The notes under the pieces were generated by a model. It was not told where the DNA came from. It made no database searches and saw nothing but the letters and a program-made list of their open reading frames with translations. A DNA stretch of 64,000 nt from a virus, in IMG/VR virus record IMGVR_UViG_3300024239_000011, positions 80,303-144,302 of that record; one strand, written 5' to 3'. Position numbers and translations under genes: made by a program. Shown one piece after another: positions 35,674 to 44,776 of this stretch (its first letter is position 1; the number at the start of each line of letters is the position of its first letter).

Positions 35674-36234
35674 ATGTTGATCATGCTACTAGTGACGTGG
35701 CGCGATGATGACGCGGTGGAGCGTCAGGCAAAAACTCTATTACATCCACGTGGATGGTTTGTCGCAGAGACGTATACACCAGACGAGGATGAGGATGATG
35801 GAACCACGCTATTCCGCATTGAACCGTTCGTCGGACAACGAACAACTGAAATCCCGGACAAGCTTTATCACGCCACCCCTGCACAAAATGTCCCGCGCAT
35901 TCTCAAGCAAGGGCTGATCCCACAACGGGGAAAGCACACCGGAATGTTCGCGGCTACACCAAACCGAATCTATATCGCCAAATCACTTGCCTACGCCGTT
36001 GATATCAAGAATATGCTTCAGAAGCACGATGGCTACAGACAAGACTACGCGATCATCGAGATCGATACGACGAAACTCCGGAAGGGGACGAAATTCTATA
36101 TCGACCCGCAATACCATTCTGGCGTCTACACGACCACGCCTGTTCCACCCGCCGCGTTGCGCGTACTCGGCAATGAGGAAGTGGAACAGTGTCCGGAACC
36201 GGATTTCGACTACGAACTAGCGATGAATGTCTAA
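35674..36234 (+). CDS. kptA: RNA 2'-phosphotransferase (Tpt1/KptA family) with N-terminal extension
   Basis: KLYHATP...GLIPQRGKHTGMFAA...DYAIIEIDTTKLRKGTKFYIDP..GVYTTTPVPP. Confidence 0.7.
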   Translation: MLIMLLVTWRDDDAVERQAKTLLHPRGWFVAETYTPDEDEDDGTTLFRIEPFVGQRTTEIPDKLYHATPAQNVPRILKQGLIPQRGKHTGMFAATPNRIYIAKSLAYAVDIKNMLQKHDGYRQDYAIIEIDTTKLRKGTKFYIDPQYHSGVYTTTPVPPAALRVLGNEEVEQCPEPDFDYELAMNV

Positions 36235-36334
36235 CAACCGAGCGATATAGCGTTCTGCGATTTGATCATGAAAAAGCCCCTTAATGGTCCAAACCTGCAT
36301 TAGTATTTAGCAAGTTCTCCCATTAAGGGGCTAT

Positions 36335-36629
36335 TGGATCGGGGAGAGGGATTCGAACCCCCATAAAGTGGACCCTTACCACTTCGACTTTCGCCGCCCT
36401 CTTTCGAGGTTTGTGGTCTGGACTTTATCTTCACCATAGCTTGCGCCGTAGGTGCTGCCCGTCAAGTCTCTACACCTTCCGCTCTCGCGGCTTGGCTCGG
36501 GATTGGCATTTTACAGCGTTCCCCGAATTTGAGCAGTTCTACATCAAAGGTTTCCCTTTAAGCATCCGGTTTTCCTCTGTGTGGGAGGAAGGTAAAAACC
36601 ACTGGTCCTACCGTTAGACGATCCCCGAA
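36335..36629 (-). tRNA. tRNA gene (best fit Gln-UUG; Lys-UUU or Pro-UGG possible) interrupted in the anticodon loop by a ~221-nt group I (IC3-type) intron
   Basis: 5' exon 36596..36629 TCGGGGA-TC-GTC-TAACGGTAG-GAC-C-AGTGG-TTTT; 3' exon 36335..36374 GGT-CCACT-TTAT-GGGGG-TTCGAAT-CCCTC-TCCCCGA-T-CCA; intervening RNA contains GGATGCTTAAAGGGAAACC, AATCCCGAGCCAAGCCG, GGAAGGTGTAGAGACTTGACGGG and AAGATAAAGTCC, matching the conserved core of cyanobacterial/plastid tRNA-Leu(UAA) group I introns as I recall them. Confidence 0.55.
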
Positions 36630-36678
36630 TAGCGGTGGGAGGTATTTAGCAAAACCCCAACCCCACCGCAATAACTTT

Positions 36679-37272
36679 TTACCATCGTGTCGGTAACTGA
36701 GCTTCACCCGCAATCAAGGACGGCTCATAGATAATATCCTTCGGGTCATGATCTTTGTACCCAAACCCACGATACTTTTTCAACCGATCAGCCTTGACAT
36801 CACCACCCGGCTTGGATGGACGCAACGTCATAGTCTTATTGTCCCAGAAGAAGTTATCGGTACATATCACTACGCGATTAAACACGTCAAGCGCACCTTG
36901 ACACACCGTCATATCAAACGACTCAAAAATACTCATGGGCGAATCGAAAGTACGTTCGACCAACTGTATACTAACATAGTGATCTTCTCCGATCAGAATG
37001 CTTTCATAGCTAGTGGCGTTGGTACTATTGTAGGCAACTTCCTCACCACCCGCATATTCAGACAAATAATCATTGAATTTTGCATGATCGTTGCTCGACC
37101 GTGTGTAGCAGTCCACATCACCATCTAGAAGATTACGACCAGTTAGAAGCCGAGAAACAAATCCCCCGGCAATCATAACCTCGACCCCACTATCACTGAT
37201 GAACTTGAAAAGTTCTTTAAATGGATAATCATGGGGGTATTTCTGGGTTAGACTGAACAACGGTATGATCAT
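36679..37272 (-). CDS. short paralog of the tRNA-NTase/poly(A) polymerase head domain
   Basis: AGGFVSRLLTG-x-DGDVDCY and FESFDMTVCQGALDV motifs. Confidence 0.55.
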   Translation of the reverse strand: MIIPLFSLTQKYPHDYPFKELFKFISDSGVEVMIAGGFVSRLLTGRNLLDGDVDCYTRSSNDHAKFNDYLSEYAGGEEVAYNSTNATSYESILIGEDHYVSIQLVERTFDSPMSIFESFDMTVCQGALDVFNRVVICTDNFFWDNKTMTLRPSKPGGDVKADRLKKYRGFGYKDHDPKDIIYEPSLIAGEAQLPTRW

Positions 37273-37413
37273 GCTATACCCGCGATCATTATATGGTTGA
37301 AGGGTTGGCCGTGGTTATAACCCAACCACGACTGAGATGCATCAAGAAATTATAACCAATTGACTTATCCAACACATGGTTGTATAATCTCTAACCGGTT
37401 TGGAGGTTGGTCT

Positions 37414-37728
37414 ATGCGTCTTATTAATCCCGATATTCGCAAATATGGCACTTTGATCTACAATAGCGACGGCAAAACCGCAGGATTCGGAAACCCGTAC
37501 CAGATCACCGTGGACGTGATTGAAGACGCCCACGACTATGTGGTGGTTAAATTTCGTCCGTCAAAGAAAGTGTTGGGTGCCCATCGTATTGGGTTGGAAC
37601 CCACTTACGAACCCGGTTTTTTCGTCAAGTTCCAGATAATCAAGATCGTAGCGCACTGCCGCGTTGAGGTACGAGAAATCGAACGTTGGACTGGTCGGCG
37701 GTCGAAAAAAGACGGTAAGTATATCTGA
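37414..37728 (+). CDS. hypothetical protein
   Basis: GGAGG RBS at 37401 then ATG. Confidence 0.45.
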   Translation: MRLINPDIRKYGTLIYNSDGKTAGFGNPYQITVDVIEDAHDYVVVKFRPSKKVLGAHRIGLEPTYEPGFFVKFQIIKIVAHCRVEVREIERWTGRRSKKDGKYI

Positions 37729-38043
37729 TTACCGAATCTTCAGGTAAAGATTCTCACCGTCTCGGTGCTGATCCAACTGCTGCTTGGTGGGTTCGTAGAA
37801 ATCCATCAGCGCAGGAACAGTCAGTCCGAGGTCGTAGGCGTACCGAAGAAGCTGTCGAATCTGCTCCTGGCTGAACATGCCTTCATTGGCAAAATGATCG
37901 GTCATCAATTCAACATGAAATGCAGCTTCTTCATTGCCGCGTAGCTTTGCCATGTCGAACACGTTGCGTATGAGATCAAGCAACGGCTCAATCATTTCAT
38001 CACGAATTTTCATTAGCTTACCTTCTGTGGAATCGTAGTTCAT
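37729..38043 (-). CDS. hypothetical protein
   Basis: 104-aa ORF overlapping the start of the HNH gene. Confidence 0.4.
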   Translation of the reverse strand: MNYDSTEGKLMKIRDEMIEPLLDLIRNVFDMAKLRGNEEAAFHVELMTDHFANEGMFSQEQIRQLLRYAYDLGLTVPALMDFYEPTKQQLDQHRDGENLYLKIR

Positions 38044-38650
38044 CTACCTCGATATCAATGTCGTACTTTGCCCACAGCAAGGTCAAGAAATCAGTGGCTT
38101 CTTGCTCACTAAATTCCGACGAAAAAGCAGTCATGTTCAATGCGCGGAATTGCACGCAGCGTCGCAGGTCTTCTTTGATTTGAATGATGTGGGGATGGTT
38201 CTTATATACTTCGCCAATCCGTTGGCGGATGGCATTCAACTTGATGAATTTTGTTCGTTCTGGTGGTAGAACAACCTTATCGGCTTTCTTCCCATTACAG
38301 TTGGCACACATGGGTTGCCCATTCGCCAATGTGTCGTTCCCGCCTTTTGATTTCGGAACGATGTGATCCAACGTCATCAGATCACGACCACCGTTCCGCA
38401 TCCCATACAGGTTCATAATCGAAAGAGTACAGTCCTTGGGCGTATCCAACCATATTTCAACGAAATGATGTCCTTCCAGCCCGCAAGAAACGCATTTGGT
38501 GCCTTTCTCAACAAACAACTGAAGGGTACGAGATATCCGCAGACGATTACCACTGGGTAGCCAAATGCTGCGTTTGCCATCGGCACGTGCCTGGGTCAGC
38601 AACGGCATAATCTCAGCAATAGGATAACTCGCTAAGGGCTGTTCGGACAT
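38018..38650 (-). CDS. HNH nuclease with Zn finger
   Basis: CVSCGLEGHH ... DHIVPKSKGGNDTLANGQPMCANCNGKKADK. Confidence 0.7.
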   Translation of the reverse strand: MSEQPLASYPIAEIMPLLTQARADGKRSIWLPSGNRLRISRTLQLFVEKGTKCVSCGLEGHHFVEIWLDTPKDCTLSIMNLYGMRNGGRDLMTLDHIVPKSKGGNDTLANGQPMCANCNGKKADKVVLPPERTKFIKLNAIRQRIGEVYKNHPHIIQIKEDLRRCVQFRALNMTAFSSEFSEQEATDFLTLLWAKYDIDIEVDELRFHRR

Positions 38651-38664
38651 ATTATTTCCGACAA

Positions 38665-38898
38665 CTACTTCTTACTATAAATGATGTGAACTTCTCGGCT
38701 CCCATCAGGGCGAATAGCGGTACAACGAATTTCACCGCGATCCGGCTCGTGTCCGACAGTCGCCTTATAGTGGTCAAGATACTCGATTGCTGCGATCTCA
38801 CATTGCGCCATGGTATCCATGGTTTCGCTGATCCCACTTTCAAACCCCCGATGACCCGTCCAATACATCATCGTACCCAGGAGCAAAATCTTAACCAT
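38665..38898 (-). CDS. hypothetical protein
   Basis: 77-aa ORF. Confidence 0.35.
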   Translation of the reverse strand: MVKILLLGTMMYWTGHRGFESGISETMDTMAQCEIAAIEYLDHYKATVGHEPDRGEIRCTAIRPDGSREVHIIYSKK

Positions 38899-39089
38899 TG
38901 GTTAATCCTATGCCTTCTCAAGATCGCCTTCACTTGGGCGTGCGCAGACCCACATATTACCGCCCATACAGCGGTAATGCGTCCAACCAGACCGGGATAA
39001 AATGGTAGAGGAACAGGATATGACGACCTTCTTTTACCAGAATCCGAATCCGAATCGGTCTAGATTTCATGATTTGATCCAATGGAAAT

Positions 39090-39179
39090 TGGCGGAACGG
39101 GAGGGATTCGAACCCCCGGAACCCTTACGAGTTCGCAAGTTTAGCAAACTTGAGCCTTAAGCCTCTCGGCCACCGTTCC
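39090..39179 (-). tRNA. tRNA-Ser(GCT)
   Basis: acceptor GGAACGG/CCGTTCC, G73, anticodon arm CAAGT-TTGCTAA-ACTTG, long variable arm, T arm GGGGG-TTCGAAT-CCCTC, CCA. Confidence 0.85.
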
Positions 39180-39278
39180 TTGACACCTATTTATGCTGTT
39201 TAGATATTATGGTCAATAAACATTTGTCCATGGTCAACAACCCGGCTACACTTTCCCAATCTTTCAGGAGTCCCAACC

Positions 39279-39494
39279 ATGACGTGTACTTGTAGCACCC
39301 GAATCATTGAATTCCACGGCAAAACCGATGACCGTAGTGAAACGCATATTCTTGCGCCCGCCAGGGGAAAATCCCATTATGGAAATGTCCTGTATGGTAT
39401 CGGAATTGGCGGTGGCGATTACGTTCACTTCAAATACTGCGCGGACTGTGGTCGCATCCAGGGCAAATTCCCACTCTCGGACGAGATAATTTAA
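39279..39494 (+). CDS. hypothetical Zn-ribbon protein
   Basis: AGGAG RBS; CTCS...CADCG. Confidence 0.5.
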   Translation: MTCTCSTRIIEFHGKTDDRSETHILAPARGKSHYGNVLYGIGIGGGDYVHFKYCADCGRIQGKFPLSDEII

Positions 39495-39509
39495 CGAAGC
39501 GTTTGAAAA

Positions 39510-39815
39510 ATGACCGACTTCACCACAACCATCTACACAGACATCCATGGAACGGTACTGGAAGCTGGGCAACGGGTACGGCATGCCGACGATGATGGCT
39601 ATTTTTATTACGGGCGTCTAGCAGTAACCGAGTTCGAATTAGATGGTGACCAGCACAAAATGCTGGAATTCTACTATGACGAAATGCCGCGTAATTCAGA
39701 TGAACTTGAAAGTATCCCAGTTTCATGTATGCTTGACACTATTGAAGTCTTAACGGCAGCAATAAAAACCCGTCCAGACATTGACACGGCAACCTCCGAC
39801 CCTTATACTACCTAA
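39510..39815 (+). CDS. hypothetical protein
   Basis: 101-aa ORF. Confidence 0.45.
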   Translation: MTDFTTTIYTDIHGTVLEAGQRVRHADDDGYFYYGRLAVTEFELDGDQHKMLEFYYDEMPRNSDELESIPVSCMLDTIEVLTAAIKTRPDIDTATSDPYTT

Positions 39816-39832
39816 GATTTTCGGAGGTTATC

Positions 39833-40261
39833 ATGTCTGAAATTCGCGCATCACTCCACTGGCAAGAACAAAAAGGGCGCGGAACTAATATGTCTCTGTT
39901 TGGCGACCTTGTGGTGGTCGAGGAATGGTTTCATCGCGTTCGCGATACTTATTATAAAGCCTGGATCGAAAAGGCGATGTTTCCGCAGTACGTTACCGCG
40001 ATAACTTGCGGATATCTACGGGAAGTCTATGGGTTGGAAGCCAACCTGCGATATCATCGTCGCAAGGGGATGGAAACCGAAAAATCAGGTGAAATCCTCA
40101 AAAACGGCGATGTAATCGCCATCGCCCGTCGTATCTCACATCCTGAATTCATTCGACCTTTTTGGGAAGTTGATTATCAAGGACACACTTTCCAATCCGG
40201 TTGCCTGGAAGGGCTACTGCTGGAAATCGCGGATTTCGAAGGTAACCACAATGAGTGTTGA
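39833..40261 (+). CDS. hypothetical protein
   Basis: GGAGG RBS. Confidence 0.5.
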   Translation: MSEIRASLHWQEQKGRGTNMSLFGDLVVVEEWFHRVRDTYYKAWIEKAMFPQYVTAITCGYLREVYGLEANLRYHRRKGMETEKSGEILKNGDVIAIARRISHPEFIRPFWEVDYQGHTFQSGCLEGLLLEIADFEGNHNEC

Positions 40262-40748
40262 ACCTCGCCCTGTCCTATTTCTCGCATTCAATCAGAAGCA
40301 TGCGCACACCGTCGCGCATGCTTGGGGTGTTGATCCACGCATGTTCCGGTATGTGCGCAACGAACGTGATCTCATGGGCATCCCCCGTGGAACCCCACTG
40401 GTTACCTACTTTCCGCCGGGTTTCTTCCCATCGCGGGTACAATCGGATGCCCTTGTGGTTGCTCATGCTCGTGGTTTAACCATCGAAGAATTCGAAGACC
40501 TATACACGCCCGAGAAAACCGCCACCCAGGCGTTCGCCAATGTTCTGTTTAATGACGGGGTGGGGGTTGGTCCCGATCCGGTCATTGACCGCATCCAGCG
40601 TCGAGTGGACGAGGCAGAAGCCCGAATCCTAGCGTCGGTTGGACTTCAGGCGCCGGAAATTGATCTCGATGCCCGCCGCACCGAAGCGTGGAAGGAACAT
40701 TTCCGCACGGTGATTAAGCAGCACTATGCGGAAAGAAACGCCCGATGA
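40250..40748 (+). CDS. hypothetical protein
   Basis: internal ATG of track ORF 40170..40748; overlaps neighbours by a few nt. Confidence 0.45.
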
Positions 40749-41236
40749 TTGTCACCCTCACCCTCGATATGCTTCCAGCTACGTGCAATATCAATGTTGC
40801 GATTGGTTGGATCAGCGATACCGAGTATGTGACTTTGGTAGGTTCGCCTACTAAAGTACGTGAACAGTGTGAACGTGATGGGGTGAAACGGGTCGATATC
40901 TCCGATATTCAGTGGAATGTGATCGGAAATTCCAGCGCGAAAACACATTTGGACGCAATTATATTGGACTATCTGCAATACGAAGAAATGTATTCTCACC
41001 ACGGCGATATTTCGCCGTTTAATCCTGAACAAGTGATGACTGCGGTCGGTGAAAAAGCCATTCGTACCGGAATCGAAGCTGCTCGAAATGGCAACCCCGA
41101 GCAAGGATTGCACGACATGTTATTCGAGTTTCAATCTTATATCGGACAGACTGACTGCAATTTAGCAGGCGTTTTCGTTTCCGGAAACGTCAAAAAGCAA
41201 ATTATGGAAATACTATCAGAAATAGCTTCAGTCTAA
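40745..41236 (+). CDS. hypothetical protein
   Basis: ATGA overlap with upstream gene. Confidence 0.5.
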   Translation: MIVTLTLDMLPATCNINVAIGWISDTEYVTLVGSPTKVREQCERDGVKRVDISDIQWNVIGNSSAKTHLDAIILDYLQYEEMYSHHGDISPFNPEQVMTAVGEKAIRTGIEAARNGNPEQGLHDMLFEFQSYIGQTDCNLAGVFVSGNVKKQIMEILSEIASV

Positions 41237-41563
41237 TTGAGCCAGACGAACGGTGAACCATACTCCGGTAAACCCGGAAATAAAATATTCACCATCCTTG
41301 TTAATAGCTTGCCAAATCAATGATACAACATCATTGACCGTTGATCCCGGTGGCACTTCAAAAGCCTGATCAATACCAGGGTTTTCGGCAGCATCCTTTA
41401 CATAATCTATTAATTTTCCAGTCCACTCCAATGTACCATCTTCATCGGTACTATCATGCGAACGAACTTCAACTAATGTATCACCGATACTTTCTTTTAG
41501 TTGAATTTTGTTAATATTTTCAAGTGTTTCGATTAATTTACGAATTTGTTCAATTTGTGACAT
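41228..41563 (-). CDS. hypothetical protein
   Basis: 111-aa ORF. Confidence 0.45.
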   Translation of the reverse strand: MSQIEQIRKLIETLENINKIQLKESIGDTLVEVRSHDSTDEDGTLEWTGKLIDYVKDAAENPGIDQAFEVPPGSTVNDVVSLIWQAINKDGEYFISGFTGVWFTVRLAQLD

Positions 41564-42094
41564 GGCAAACCCTGTTAATAATTAACAAATTGTATTTAGT
41601 TGATTTTGTATTTGACCTAGATTGGAGGTACACCTTCCCCCTTTCGGAGGAAAAGGTGTTTTGACCTGAGTTGTCGTATCGTCAAACGAGGGATATCCGC
41701 AGGCGGACTGGCTATATTCCTGCGTACCTCTTACCTTCCACGGCGCAATGCCGTCCAGTCGGGACAGTGGGTTAACCTTGACGATGATACCCCACCGTTG
41801 CTTGTTGTGGTTTGTCACAGAGCAAGCATCCATTCACCAAGATCGGCTGTACCATAGCCGAAACAGGGCTTACCACCAGCATCACTGGCGTATCCTCTTT
41901 TTGTGTGGGCAGGAACCGCAGTAGCGATTTTCCCATCGGGTGGAAGAAGCACCCTCATACCCCCGGTCAGGCGTCCCGGTCTTAGGCGTTTATGTTTTGT
42001 TCTTCGTGAGACGAAAATACACTCCACTACTTATACGAGTCAATTTTTTACGCCTATACCGGGGCTGGTTTGTGTCGCCCTATGGGCAAAAGAA

Positions 42095-42120
42095 AACCGG
42101 CGCTTGAGCGCCGGTTTGAA
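42095..42120 (-). terminator. intrinsic terminator
   Basis: AACCGGCGCT-tg-AGCGCCGGTT. Confidence 0.7.
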
Positions 42121-42122
42121 AG

Positions 42123-42998
42123 TTAATTAAGGGAAGCCACCTGGGTTTGTTTGGACTTCCGATCAAATTTTTTGAAGTCGTATTGTTTGATATGACCCTT
42201 GATTTTTGAAACGTATTTGTGTCCTAGGGTCGAATACGACATTATTCCGGTGAGCAATTCACTACTATCCAGTGGTTGCTCGTTCTTACGCATATCCCAC
42301 CGCGTTTGGCGAAATTTATTGTAAGCCGGATGTGTGTTCAGATTCCGCATATACGAACGGATTGATGCACGTGGGTTGTTGAAACAGGGATGGCTCCCAC
42401 CATCTGATGCGGACACCGCGCAAGTGCTGGTGCCTTTCTGTCCAAAGAACCCATTGGTCTTCTGAGCCACACGGGATGTTCCCCATCCGCTTTCTTCAAC
42501 CGCTTGTGCCAGCGCCATTGAGACCGGAACGACATCGACGCGCTTTACAAGTTCGCCAATGTCTCGGGGGTCGGAAACCTTGTATTCTGCCATTTTGGTT
42601 TGCAACCATTCCTTCTCACTTACAGTGAGACGGGGTTTGGAAGCAAGCCTGAGAATGGTACGTCGGTCATGCAAGATTTCATCCTGTACTGCCCCGATCA
42701 TAGGTACCATCATCTTGACAAATTCCGACTTTAATTCTTCACCCTCCATTTGGGTGAGTTCGATTGGGTAATTGGGCGCGTATTTGCTACGCTGCACGGG
42801 CTGCTCAGCAGTTTGAACAACCGGCGTCGGCGCATGGGGGGCGGGGGTTCGATCCTTGTACAGACCGTATGACCCAGCCGCTAAAGTCGCGGCGACGGCA
42901 CTAGCAGCGACAGCACTACGGAACCCCGTCATGCTTTCTGCCATATCTACCTGCTGTGTTAGTTCATCATCTATAATCTCGATAAGCCTCATTGTCAT
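42123..42998 (-). CDS. glucosaminidase-domain peptidoglycan hydrolase (Bax/FlgJ-like; possible lysis enzyme)
   Basis: LAQAVEESGWGTSRVAQKTNGFFGQKG. Confidence 0.7.
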   Translation of the reverse strand: MTMRLIEIIDDELTQQVDMAESMTGFRSAVAASAVAATLAAGSYGLYKDRTPAPHAPTPVVQTAEQPVQRSKYAPNYPIELTQMEGEELKSEFVKMMVPMIGAVQDEILHDRRTILRLASKPRLTVSEKEWLQTKMAEYKVSDPRDIGELVKRVDVVPVSMALAQAVEESGWGTSRVAQKTNGFFGQKGTSTCAVSASDGGSHPCFNNPRASIRSYMRNLNTHPAYNKFRQTRWDMRKNEQPLDSSELLTGIMSYSTLGHKYVSKIKGHIKQYDFKKFDRKSKQTQVASLN

Positions 42999-43162
42999 AA
43001 CCGATTATCTATCGTTTGTCTACTATTTATGTCGTTTCTATACGAGAAAATCCTACCTTAACCTCGCCAATAGGGTCATTACCTATAATAAGATACAATA
43101 TATTGTATGCCTCGGTGGGATTTGTGCAGTGCAAAAGATAAAACGAATCTTTAAAAGCAAAA

Positions 43163-43190
43163 TGCCGCCCTAAAAAGGCGGCATTAATTA
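43163..43190. terminator. hairpin terminator
   Basis: ATGCCGCC-ctaaaaa-GGCGGCAT. Confidence 0.6.
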
Positions 43191-43191
43191 T

Positions 43192-43283
43192 TGGCGGACA
43201 GGGAGGGATTCGAACCCCCGATACGCTATTAACGTATACACACTTTCCAGGCGTGCGGATTAAACCAACTCTCCCACCTGTCC
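43192..43283 (-). tRNA. tRNA-Ser(GGA)
   Basis: acceptor GGACAGG/CCTGTCC, G73, anticodon arm CACGC-CTGGAAA-GTGTG, long variable hairpin ATACG/CGTAT, T arm GGGGG-TTCGAAT-CCCTC. Confidence 0.8.
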
Positions 43284-43315
43284 AATATATTCTATTTATC
43301 ATCGCAGTCAAAATA

Positions 43316-44293
43316 CTACGTTTGAAGTGATGCTGCTTTCACTTTTTGAGTATAGGTTATTACACAATGGTCGGTGATCCCGTCTAGTAATCCCAGCGAG
43401 CCATTGTTTACCGCTCCAAATTTGTGCAAAACCCATTGACCTCGCATAATCACATCATCCACCCAACGATGCCACCAGCGAGCGTTGTGAATTAATTCGC
43501 CCACATGAGAAATGTAGATCATATGCCCGGTATGACGGAAAAAGATTGGTGGTGGTAACTGAGGTACGATGTCGTCGTTATGAACAAAGCGAAAGTGCGG
43601 AATAAGGTACTTCACACGCTTGGCAAATTTGCTATCTCCGACTCTCGGGCTACCGAACGTATAGAGTCCGTGACCACCAAAGCGACTTGCCGCAATGGTC
43701 GCTAATGCACCACCAAGAGAATGCCCGCACCACCATATAGATCGACCGTGTTTATTTGCTTGGATACAGCGTTCCATTTCTGGCCAAATCAAATCCAGTG
43801 CATGTTGGAAACCGTTATGAACTTTTCCGCCGTTCTCGGAGTCTGTAAATAGAAAATCCATATCAGTTTTGATGTCTTTGAACTCATTCAATTCGGTGCC
43901 ACGAAATGCTATTACAATTATATGGGTACCGATGGCAATGAATGCCTGGGTACCTTCACAATCATAAAAATGAACATCCACAAACCCAGCATTAATAAGT
44001 TGGGCAGCAACACGCTCATTGTCTCGCAAATATACCAACCGGGAGCATTCTACCAGCCATGTTGCGTTGATAGGACTATAAAGCAATGTGTCATAATCAA
44101 ATGGATGGGTTTGATGATAATCGAACCAGCCATATTTACCCGGAGGATCAATAATATCTAACTTGGAATAGGAAATCACCCCCATAGCACACACCTCGCA
44201 ATTCTCTTGCGAATATTTATGCAGCTTTGGGTAGTTCAGATGTGACGATACAGTGAACTTTGGGATGACCAATTTCTTCGTCATTACGTCCAC
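43316..44293 (-). CDS. class 3 lipase (alpha/beta hydrolase)
   Basis: GHSLGGALA nucleophile elbow. Confidence 0.8.
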   Translation of the reverse strand: MDVMTKKLVIPKFTVSSHLNYPKLHKYSQENCEVCAMGVISYSKLDIIDPPGKYGWFDYHQTHPFDYDTLLYSPINATWLVECSRLVYLRDNERVAAQLINAGFVDVHFYDCEGTQAFIAIGTHIIVIAFRGTELNEFKDIKTDMDFLFTDSENGGKVHNGFQHALDLIWPEMERCIQANKHGRSIWWCGHSLGGALATIAASRFGGHGLYTFGSPRVGDSKFAKRVKYLIPHFRFVHNDDIVPQLPPPIFFRHTGHMIYISHVGELIHNARWWHRWVDDVIMRGQWVLHKFGAVNNGSLGLLDGITDHCVITYTQKVKAASLQT

Positions 44294-44774
44294 GGAGAAT
44301 TCTTCTTGATAGAACTTGTTCTAAAATAGTTGCTAGATGTAGAGCGGTATTTCCTGAAATCCTTTCTGCATCGATGACGAAACCAGTAGGATTTGAGTAC
44401 AACACCAAATCTGCGGCATTATTTTCATCAAGAGTGCGTTTGATAACCCGAGAAAGTTCAGAAATCACATTAAAACGATACGAACCACACTCCGGTATGT
44501 CGGTATGTATTGTGATAACAATTGCATTTACCGCGTCACGTGAGACTATCGACCGAAGTAATTTTAGTTCAGCAGAAATCAATGCTATCTCTGTTTGGAT
44601 AGCGGTAATTTGCTTCCGCATTGCCCTGGTTTCTTTAATTACGGAATACAGTAATTTGAATAGTTGGACGAGCATAATCGACCCCAGCACAGTATTCCTA
44701 TGCAGGTATTTACATCTAACCATTGGCGGCAAAACATATAATTTTACGAAAATTGTGGGGAAAATTCCCCACAA
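44217..44774 (-). CDS. hypothetical protein (start uncertain)
   Basis: ORF overlapping lipase start; competing plus-strand ORF 44374..44799. Confidence 0.3.
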   Translation of the reverse strand: MWGIFPTIFVKLYVLPPMVRCKYLHRNTVLGSIMLVQLFKLLYSVIKETRAMRKQITAIQTEIALISAELKLLRSIVSRDAVNAIVITIHTDIPECGSYRFNVISELSRVIKRTLDENNAADLVLYSNPTGFVIDAERISGNTALHLATILEQVLSRRILRGRNDEEIGHPKVHCIVTSELPKAA

Positions 44775-44776
44775 TT

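Noticed and set aside
36335-36629. tmRNA (SsrA) hypothesis, because of the tRNA-like 3' end and long body
   Set aside because: Only 295 nt. The two ends form a complete cloverleaf with D arm and anticodon stem. The insert matches group I intron core motifs. No tag-peptide reading frame with a resume codon was found.
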